DNA of 64,000 bases from Scyliorhinus canicula (taxonomy: Eukaryota), in contig NC_052147.1 of NCBI RefSeq assembly GCF_902713615.1, forward strand, positions 202,089,140 to 202,153,139. The letters are read 5' to 3'. Positions 60,001-64,000 of the stretch are shown piece after piece; within the stretch, counting starts at the first letter, position 1, and each line of letters begins with the position of its first letter. A program made the translations under genes and the position numbers. The notes beneath the pieces were generated by a model. That model was given only the letters and a program-made list of their open reading frames with translations. It searched no databases and was not told where the DNA came from.

Positions 60001-61188
60001 CAGCAATTTTGCATCCACATTTAAAAGGGAGATCGGCCTATACGATCCACAGTTCTCTGGATCCTTATCCCCCTTCAGAATAAGGGAAATCAATGCCCGC
60101 GCTAACGTTGGGGGAAGCACTCCCAGCTCCTTGGACTCACTAAAAGCCTTTACCAGGAGCAGCCCCAGCAGCTTTTTGTAGAACTGGACTGGGTATCCGT
60201 CAGGTCCCGGGGCCTTACCCGATTGCATCGCCCCCAATCCCGATTGGGCCTCCAAGCCTTCCACCAACTCCGGGGGTCCGATTTGTATAGTCTACTATAA
60301 AATTCCCAAACCACATCATTCACTCCCGCCGGATCCACAACCACCTTCCCCCCCCCCCCCCGTATCCTTTACTTTCCCAATTTACATCTTCTCCTGTTGT
60401 AGCACTCTGCTCCGTATGCTTCACCCGATGTCTATGACTGTGTATTTATTACATGTCCTATGCTTTTCATGTATGGAACAATCTGCCTGGATGTACACAG
60501 AATAATACTTTTCACTGTACCTCGGTAGACGTGACAATAAATCTAAATCTTATGAAAACAGTTTCTATTACAAATATGACATAAACATTTACAATGGAAA
60601 AAATTGACAGGGCATGCATACCAGGGCAAAACCTTTGATTTATATGACACGCTTCAGAAGAGGCACTATTATAATTATAAAGTAAAACGGATTGACATAA
60701 AACAGTGTATTTGTGTAACTTTCTTGATGCATAGACAGTGGATGTGGGTTCACACCCCTCCTTACCCCATTATGAAGCTAATTTCTTTCTTCTGCTGTAC
60801 TGTCGCAGAGCTGGTTTTGTACAATTTTAGGACTGTGTTATTTGTAGCTATGAGTGAAAACACGGTTGCGCTCCCCATGCAATCACCAAGGTGGTAGGAG
60901 GAAAACCAGATGGACCTTGGTCCTTTTTTTTGTGTAACAATTCCTATATTCCACCCCTAGAATGGCAAAGTGTGCTCAAGAGTTGGGAATTAGAGTTTAT
61001 TTGGCATTTTTTGGCATGTCATTAGTTAATTATTCTGGTTAATTTGACAGGCTGGAATTCCTATGGTATGGAAGAAATCTAGGCGTACAGACTGACAATA
61101 CATTACCTGAGGACATAAGGATGACTTGCCAACAGTTTTCTCAATATCATAAGCATCAATGTGCCAGAGATATTGTCAAAGAAAGGAG
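10860..61188 (+). CDS. GPR155: GPR155/LYCHOS, partial gene model of 13 internal exons: join(10860..11259,18460..18625,19026..19181,24613..24696,27553..27673,29401..29479,31972..32065,43232..43445,52889..52987,53420..53553,54713..54808,54940..55004,61051..61188)
   Basis: The exons splice into one stop-free frame with AG/GT boundaries. The translation matches vertebrate GPR155 as I recall it ([62 protein letters not shown]). 5' and 3' exons are outside the window. Confidence 0.96.
12497..12700 (+). mobile_element. 5'-truncated V-SINE, CR1 tail B
   Basis: Tail gagggccgaagggcctgttctgtgctgtactg(ttctatg)n. Confidence 0.85.
12824..12935 (+). mobile_element. CR1 LINE 3' UTR fragment
   Basis: atcagccatgatcgaatggcggagcagactcgatgggccgagtggcct; resembles the 3' end of the 28172 CR1. 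Confidence 0.75.
13133..13520 (-). mobile_element. V-SINE, tail B, with triplicated 5' end
   Basis: Full SINE followed by (catgctaccgtgctgcccata)x3. Confidence 0.88.
13738..14010 (-). mobile_element. V-SINE head with Rex1-like tail
   Basis: Head as HE1; tail ...gtgacaataaagatt(att)n. Confidence 0.82.
14330..14650 (+). mobile_element. Ancient degraded CR1-like RT fragment
   Basis: Decayed similarity to the CR1 WI..WL..R.QRV / W...WQM.FN..KC region. Confidence 0.4.
15300..15956. mobile_element. CpG-rich MITE
   Basis: gggcgggatttttcc / gggagaatcccgccc; inserted in L1; target duplication imperfect. Confidence 0.82.
16205..16412 (-). mobile_element. V-SINE, A-rich tail variant
   Basis: Similar to the 3547 and 61820 copies. 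Confidence 0.8.
16594..17114. mobile_element. CpG-rich MITE
   Basis: gggtgggtttctcc / ggagaatcccgccc; duplication AGT. Confidence 0.85.
17393..17427 (+). mobile_element. Tiny Penelope-like end fragment
   Basis: accccaatctagcgccggcatctccacatcatgg, same terminus as the 24265 copy. Confidence 0.5.
18460..18625 (+). CDS. GPR155: GPR155 exon, 166 nt
   Basis: catAG|ATTGGTC ... GAAATT|GTaagt; [15 protein letters not shown]...[27 protein letters not shown]. Confidence 0.96.
19026..19181 (+). CDS. GPR155: GPR155 exon, 156 nt
   Basis: tgtAG|GTGACA ... TTTCTG|GTtagt; [52 protein letters not shown]. Confidence 0.95.
19629..20750 (+). mobile_element. Possible solo LTR (about 430 bp) split by a MITE
   Basis: Begins TGTTA, ends TAATA (TAACA expected); flanks ttcat/tttat; ATTAAA near the 3' end. 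Confidence 0.35.
19783..20472. mobile_element. CpG-rich MITE
   Basis: gggcgggattc / gaatcccgccc; duplication CTG. Confidence 0.88.
20815..21143 (+). mobile_element. V-SINE, CR1 tail B
   Basis: Full head, V-core and tail B. Confidence 0.88.
21373..22241. mobile_element. Older MITE of the same inverted-end group, with nested CR1-tail fragments
   Basis: gggtgggattctccc / gggagaattctg[insert]ccc; flanks AAT/AGT. Confidence 0.6.
22660..22756 (-). mobile_element. Degraded Deu-domain SINE (SacSINE-like) 5' fragment
   Basis: cagtacagcactgaagtgtcaccctaaattatgtgc...gagagtgctac resembles the shark Deu-SINE head as I recall it. Confidence 0.4.
23060..23251 (-). mobile_element. 5'-truncated V-SINE, tail A
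   Basis: Near-identical to 47630-47821. Confidence 0.88.
23803..24149 (+). mobile_element. Full-length HE1-like V-SINE, tail A
   Basis: Intact head, V-core and (ttctatga)n tail. Confidence 0.92.
24265..24345 (+). mobile_element. Penelope-like pseudo-LTR end fragment
   Basis: aaacctgttgaactttaacctggtgttgtaagac...gccggcatctccacatca is the reverse complement of 38145-38225. Confidence 0.75.
24613..24696 (+). CDS. GPR155: GPR155 exon, 84 nt
   Basis: tatAG|GTTTGG ... GCCCAG|GTaagg; [28 protein letters not shown]. Confidence 0.94.
25210..25510 (+). mobile_element. V-SINE, tail A
   Basis: Head, V-core and tail. Confidence 0.87.
25520..26262 (+). mobile_element. Degraded CR1 ORF2 (endonuclease/linker) fragment
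   Basis: GVVYR-like (gtgggtgtagtttatagg) and SDHNII-like (agtgatcataacatcatt) motifs. Confidence 0.6.
26378..26570 (+). mobile_element. V-SINE 5' part (Rex1-tail subtype)
   Basis: V-core followed by gacgtgctgttaggtaatttggacattct. Confidence 0.8.
26560..27000 (-). mobile_element. Rex1/Babar LINE RT fragment
   Basis: [17 protein letters not shown]...[17 protein letters not shown]...FADTTTIVG; same family as 45250-48672. Confidence 0.9.
27553..27673 (+). CDS. GPR155: GPR155 exon, 121 nt
   Basis: ttccAG|ACCATG ... GGACAG|GTaagg; [41 protein letters not shown]. Confidence 0.94.
27870..29045 (+). mobile_element. Old CR1-clade LINE 3' region, split by a younger CR1
   Basis: ggagtgtgatggaatactctccacttgcctggatg matches the reverse complement of 30535-30580. 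Confidence 0.65.
28172..28835 (-). mobile_element. CR1 LINE 3' end
   Basis: [42 protein letters not shown]. Confidence 0.92.
29190..29272 (+). mobile_element. Penelope-like pseudo-LTR fragment
   Basis: Matches 38690-38768 (ctgttggactttaacctggtgttgtaagact). Confidence 0.75.
29192..29228 (+). ncRNA. Minimal type I hammerhead ribozyme motif (Penelope-like element derived)
   Basis: ttac-CTGATGA-a-GGAGC-tga-GCTCC-GAAA-GC-TA-gtga: complete CUGANGA/GAAA/UH core, 5-bp helix II, short helix I, palindromic helix III. Confidence 0.8.
29401..29479 (+). CDS. GPR155: GPR155 exon, 79 nt
   Basis: taatAG|GCCTCATA ... TGGGG|GTgaga; [26 protein letters not shown]; phases fit both neighbours. Confidence 0.92.
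29870..31600 (-). mobile_element. Old CR1-clade LINE RT fragments, two head-to-tail segments, with nested SINE
   Basis: [15 protein letters not shown]; WLESY..RK.VVVVGGQ occurs twice; [11 protein letters not shown]. Confidence 0.8.
30645..30830 (-). mobile_element. Family 2 SINE
   Basis: Reverse complement of 1491-1669. Confidence 0.85.
31972..32065 (+). CDS. GPR155: GPR155 exon, 94 nt
   Basis: attAG|AATACCG ... ACTCAG|GTatga; [31 protein letters not shown]. Confidence 0.93.
33305..33483 (-). mobile_element. Family 2 SINE
   Basis: Reverse complement of 1491-1669. Confidence 0.88.
33811..33987 (+). mobile_element. Family 2 SINE
   Basis: Near-identical to 1491-1669. Confidence 0.88.
34543..34630. 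repeat. Perfect 44-bp tandem duplication
   Basis: (caaatgtatgtcctatagtcatcaccatttcagttaatgcgttc)x2. Confidence 0.9.
35350..37395 (+). mobile_element. L1-clade LINE 3' half with nested SINE fragment at 36490-36642
   Basis: RGTR*GCPMS; [26 protein letters not shown]; [14 protein letters not shown]; GT-rich 3' UTR, AATAAA and A tail near 37368-37395. Confidence 0.88.
37795..37897 (+). mobile_element. Family 2 SINE, 5'-truncated
   Basis: 3' half of 1491-1669. Confidence 0.8.
38145..38780. mobile_element. Penelope-like element remnant with inverted pseudo-LTR arms
   Basis: Arms of about 255 bp (about 38174-38432 and 38522-38781) are imperfect reverse complements, each with a hammerhead-like motif. 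Flanked by cataa(a/g)cttg at 38135-38144 and 38781-38790. Confidence 0.8.
38689..38725 (+). ncRNA. Minimal type I hammerhead ribozyme motif in the Penelope-like repeat
   Basis: tcac-CTGAGGA-a-GGAGC-agt-GCTCT-GAAA-GC-TA-gtga; core intact, helix II closed by a G-U pair, helix I tcac/gtga. Confidence 0.78.
39782..40420. mobile_element. CpG-rich MITE
   Basis: agacgggatttgcc / ggagaatcccgccc; duplication TAT. Confidence 0.8.
40849..41019 (-). mobile_element. Family 2 SINE
   Basis: Reverse complement of 1491-1669. Confidence 0.85.
43232..43445 (+). CDS. GPR155: GPR155 exon, 214 nt (TM helix plus start of the LED loop)
   Basis: tacAG|GTTATT ... GTGAAG|GTattt; [34 protein letters not shown]... Confidence 0.9.
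43526..43645 (+). mobile_element. V-SINE 5' fragment
   Basis: tRNA-like head and start of body. Confidence 0.75.
44006..44079. repeat. 35-bp tandem duplication of a MITE-like left end
   Basis: (gggcgYgattcaacgacccttttacgcctggYgca)x2. Confidence 0.8.
44260..44545 (+). mobile_element. V-SINE
   Basis: Head and V-core, tail truncated. Confidence 0.85.
45250..48672 (+). mobile_element. Near full-length Rex1/Babar LINE with internal deletions and a nested SINE
   Basis: Endonuclease [11 protein letters not shown]...KGGGVCL; [45 protein letters not shown]; C-terminus [10 protein letters not shown]...RLKNSFFP; tail gtgacaataa(ctaat)n. Confidence 0.93.
47618..47978 (-). mobile_element. Full-length V-SINE, tail A, nested in Rex1
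   Basis: Flanked by gagat at 47613-47617 and 47979-47983. Confidence 0.92.
48680..49650 (+). mobile_element. Degraded Gypsy-like LTR retrotransposon pol 3' remnant
   Basis: 49575-49619 encodes [14 protein letters not shown], a typical Gypsy pol C-terminus, followed by the purine tract gaagtggggaga; LLNHYLAT...GEL resembles integrase LL.YR.TP..SP.EL. Confidence 0.5.
49912..50540 (-). mobile_element. V-SINE with Rex1-like tail, split by another SINE
   Basis: Tail tctttattgtca at about 49926 resumes as aagtagacttacatt at 50263. Confidence 0.85.
49946..50262 (+). mobile_element. V-SINE, tail A, nested in the opposite-strand SINE
   Basis: Full head, V-core and tail. Confidence 0.9.
50660..51480 (+). 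mobile_element. CR1 LINE ORF1 remnant (zinc finger/coiled coil plus SGNH esterase-like domain)
   Basis: [11 protein letters not shown]...[10 protein letters not shown]...[14 protein letters not shown]...GFRFLDHWD. Confidence 0.82.
52620..52830 (-). mobile_element. L1-like 3' UTR fragment with poly(A) tail
   Basis: T tract plus tttattg (AATAAA on the minus strand); taaacatttttttttatt occurs on both sides. Confidence 0.55.
52889..52987 (+). CDS. GPR155: GPR155 exon, 99 nt (Cys-rich part of the LED); too short for the ORF track
   Basis: tcacAG|AAATCTGT ... CTGAGTG|GTaagt; [33 protein letters not shown], similar to mammalian CCSCSMGNGELHC; phase 1-1. Confidence 0.85.
53420..53553 (+). CDS. GPR155: GPR155 exon, 134 nt (alternative in-frame start at 53423)
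   Basis: tttgcAG|CAGAAC ... TTCGCT|GTaagt; [44 protein letters not shown]. Confidence 0.93.
53686..54368. mobile_element. CpG-rich MITE with a 54-nt G run
   Basis: gggcgggattctc / gagaatcccggct; flanks gatg/gatg; G run 53974-54027. Confidence 0.82.
54713..54808 (+). CDS. GPR155: GPR155 exon, 96 nt
   Basis: tttcAG|AATGTG ... GGTCAG|GTttgt; [32 protein letters not shown]. Confidence 0.95.
54940..55004 (+). CDS. GPR155: GPR155 exon, 65 nt
   Basis: tttcAG|GGTTTT ... AAAGAG|GTaaat; [22 protein letters not shown]. Confidence 0.94.
55458..57483. repeat. Intronic minisatellite, 18-bp unit GCTGTATCTACCTACCCG, about 112 copies
   Basis: Directly visible tandem array of about 2026 bp with blocks of variant units and a 1-bp deletion near 56656. 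Confidence 0.98.
57604..60550 (+). mobile_element. Rex1/Babar 3' end (57604-57690 plus 60381-60550) split by an L1
   Basis: Left piece matches 48410-48470; right piece ends acttttcactgtacctcggtagacgtgacaataa. Confidence 0.8.
57696..60380 (-). mobile_element. 5'-truncated L1-clade LINE
   Basis: [58 protein letters not shown]-terminal CCHC; flanked by tttacatcttc. Confidence 0.93.
61051..61188 (+). CDS. GPR155: GPR155 exon, 138 nt (linker and start of DEP domain)
   Basis: tgacAG|GCTGGAA ... AAGGAG|GTatga; [46 protein letters not shown]. Confidence 0.93.
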
Positions 61189-61594
61189 GTATGAGTTTCT
61201 ATTAGCATGACACATGCATTGTGCTATTCAATGCTTGGTATTGGCAATCCATTGCATTTTCTTAATTTGCTTGGATTCTTAATAGTTTTGTTTCAATCTG
61301 AAACACTGAATTTATTTCCGAAGATTTACTAATACTCCACTAATACTTATTCTTAAAGACTTTTGATATTATTTAAATTCACAGCAATATTTTCATTGCT
61401 GTAAAACATTTGCTCTACAATATTTTTCACTTGAGTATGGCACAAATTAATGAGGTAGCATTATTTGTACAGGAAACTTTTAAATATATATTATTGTATT
61501 GAAAACAGTAGTTTTAATTAATGAGGATACAATGCTTAAAATTTGGGGGAACTTTTTTGAGCGATTTGTACGTGTTGCACTTTTGAAATATGTT

Positions 61595-61794
61595 AGGCGG
61601 GAGTCTCCGGCCTCTCAGCCGTGTGTTTCTCGGCAGCGCACCGTTCGCTGGCGGCAGGATGCTCTGCTCCCACTGCTGTCAGTGGGAATTCCCATTGAAG
61701 CCACCCCATGCTGCTGGGAAACCCATGGGCGGAGGTTCACTGCCAGCAGCATCGGAGAATCCCGCCGCCAGCAAACAGCTGGAGAATTCCAGAC
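61595..61794. mobile_element. 200-bp MITE
   Basis: aggcgggagtctcc / ggagaattccagac; duplication GTT. Confidence 0.7.
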
Positions 61795-61819
61795 GTTTTC
61801 TCTACAGAAACACATTCCT

Positions 61820-62045
61820 TTTTTTAAAATAAATTTAGGGTACCCAATTATTTTTTCCAATTAAGGGGCAATTTAGCATGGCCAATCCACCTACTCTGCA
61901 CATCTTTGGGTTGTGGGGGCGAAACCCACGCAGACACGGGGAGAATGTGCAAACTCCTAACGGACAGTGACCCAAGGCCGGGATTTGAACCCAGGTCCTC
62001 AGCGCCGTAGGCAGCAATGCTAACCACTGTGCCACCGTGCTGCCC
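61820..62045 (-). mobile_element. V-SINE, A-rich tail variant with 15-bp target duplication
   Basis: cagaaacacattcct at 61805-61819 and 62046-62060. Confidence 0.92.
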
Positions 62046-62784
62046 CAGAAACACATTCCTGTGTTTATTAAAACATTTTGCTTTCCACAGATGTTTTTTG
62101 TGTAGATCTTGATTCACCTTCAGAATTGCTGATTGGGTGAATGATTTTGGTTTGCAACCTGGATGAATGATTTGCATTGTATAGTGCTTGCATTGAATGT
62201 TGCATGTTTGAAGCAGAATTAAGATACAAAATTGTGCTCGAAGCGTTAATAAATGTTAATCTCAGATAATATATTTATATCAGCTATCAGTGATAAATAT
62301 GTTTGGTTAGGTTAGTCTGAACAGAATAGCACTTCAATTTTGCTAAAATCACTTGTCACATGACAGTGCCTCACACAAGATTTATGTGTGAGGTGGTCGG
62401 AGGTTTGTTCCAGTGGGAAGGGCCGAGATGAATTCTACCCCAGCGAGGGCAAGATCCAGATCACACAAACAGAGAAAATCAGGTGGACTCACAATCGGTC
62501 CAACGCCTGGCACGGAGCCCGATTTGTGCGATGTATTCATTGTGCCCCGATCTGCGCAATGGAGTTGCTGATTCATACCCCAGATCTGGAGATAACTTAA
62601 ATACGCAAGAGGGTTTTGGTAGCTGACTGACTGAGGCAGGGTTGGATATTATTGAGGTGGAAGTAGGCGGGTAGACAAAGAAAATATAAGGGGACAATTT
62701 TCAGCCCGAGATCGCTATCAGAGAAACGGTGACATGGGTGGAAAATCCAGAGAGAATCACTTTTCCTGACTTTTCCCGCCCCTT

Positions 62785-64000
62785 AGAACATAGAACGATA
62801 CAGCGCAGTACAGGCCCTTCGGCCCACGATGCTGCACCGACATGGGAAGTCAAAAACTAAAGGCTATCTAACCTACACTGTGCCATTATCATCCATATGC
62901 TTATCCAATAAACTTTTAAATGCCCTCAATGTTGGCGAGTTCACTACTGTTGCAGGTAGGGCATTCCACGGCCTCACCACTCTTTGCGTAAAAAACCCAC
63001 CTCTGACCTCTGTCCTATATCTATTACCCCTCAATTTAAGGCTATGTCCCCTCGTGCTAGCCACCTCCATCCGTGGGAGAAGGCTCTCACTGTCCACCCT
63101 ATCTAACCCTCTGATCATTTTGTATGCCTCTATTAAGTCACATCTTAACCTTCTTCTCTCTAACGAAAACAACCTCAAGTCCATCAGCCTTTCCTCATAA
63201 GATTTTCCCTCCATACCAGGCAACATCCTGGTAAATCTCCTCTGCACCCGTTCCAAAGCTTCCACGTCCTTCCTATAATGAGGCGACCAGAACTGTATGC
63301 AATACTCCAAATGCGGCCGTACCAGAGTTTTGTACAGCTGCAACATGACCTCATGGCTCCGGAACTCAATCCCTCTACCAATAAAGGCCAACACACCATA
63401 GGCCTTCTTCACAACCCTATCAACCTGGGTGGCAACTTTCAGGGATCTATGTACATGGACACCGAGATCCCTCTGCTCATCCACACTGCGAAGAATTTTA
63501 CCATTAGCCAAATATTCCGCATTCCTGTTATTCTTTCCAAAGTGAATCACCTCACACTTCTCTACATTAAACTCCATTTGCCACCTCTCAGCCCAGCTCT
63601 GCAGCTTATCTATGTCCCTCTGTAACCTGCAACATCCTTCCACACTGTCTACAACTCCACCGACTTTAGTGTCGTCTGCAAATTTACTCACCCAACCTTC
63701 TGTGCCCTCCTCTAGGTCATTTATAAAAATGACAAACAGCAACGGCCCCAGAACAGATCCTTGTGGTACGCCACTCGTAACTGAACTCCATTCTGAACAT
63801 TTATCATCAACCACCACCCTCTGTCTTCTTTCAACTAGCCAATTTCTGATCCACATCTCTAAATCACCCTCAATCCCCAGCCTCCGTATTTTCTGCAATA
63901 GACGACCGTGGGGAACCTTATCAAACGCTTTACTGAAATCCATATACACCACATCAACTGCTCTACCCTCGTCTACCTGTTCAGTCACCTTCTCAAAGAA
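62785..64000 (-). mobile_element. Young CR1 LINE, RT C-terminal half with open ORF, continuing beyond the window
   Basis: 371-aa stop-free ORF 62873-63988: VDVVYMDFSKAFDKVPH, SGVPQGSVLGPLLF, KFADDTKVGG; 3' stem-loop and (ttctatg)-like tail. Confidence 0.96.

Noticed and set aside
61189-64000. Remaining DEP-domain exon(s) of GPR155
   Set aside because: No convincing spliceable DEP-coding segment was seen; probably downstream of the window.

Overview
Eukaryotic vertebrate genomic DNA, not prokaryotic. The repeat complement (HE1-type V-SINEs, CR1, L1, Rex1/Babar, Penelope) suggests a cartilaginous fish, probably a shark (inference). The window lies inside one + strand gene, GPR155 (LYCHOS, the lysosomal cholesterol sensor). 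I traced 13 consecutive internal coding exons from 10860 to 61188. All have AG/GT boundaries and compatible phases, totalling 1846 nt (about 615 codons). They run from the transporter-like domain through the GPCR-like/LED region to the start of the DEP domain. The first coding exon and the last exon(s) were not found in the window. The introns are packed with nested transposable elements. The most notable observations are: (1) two minimal hammerhead ribozyme motifs from Penelope-like elements on the sense strand of the pre-mRNA; (2) one SINE head/V-core carrying four different 3' tails, three matching LINE 3' ends in this window and one an A-rich L1-type tail; (3) a family of CpG-rich MITEs with GGGCGGGATTCTCC inverted ends, 3-bp target duplications and NRF1-like palindromes; (4) a 2-kb 18-bp minisatellite with block-structured variants. 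Most ORFs in the supplied track are artefacts of repeats. Exon boundaries are exact by inspection; repeat boundaries are approximate (about +/-20 bp).
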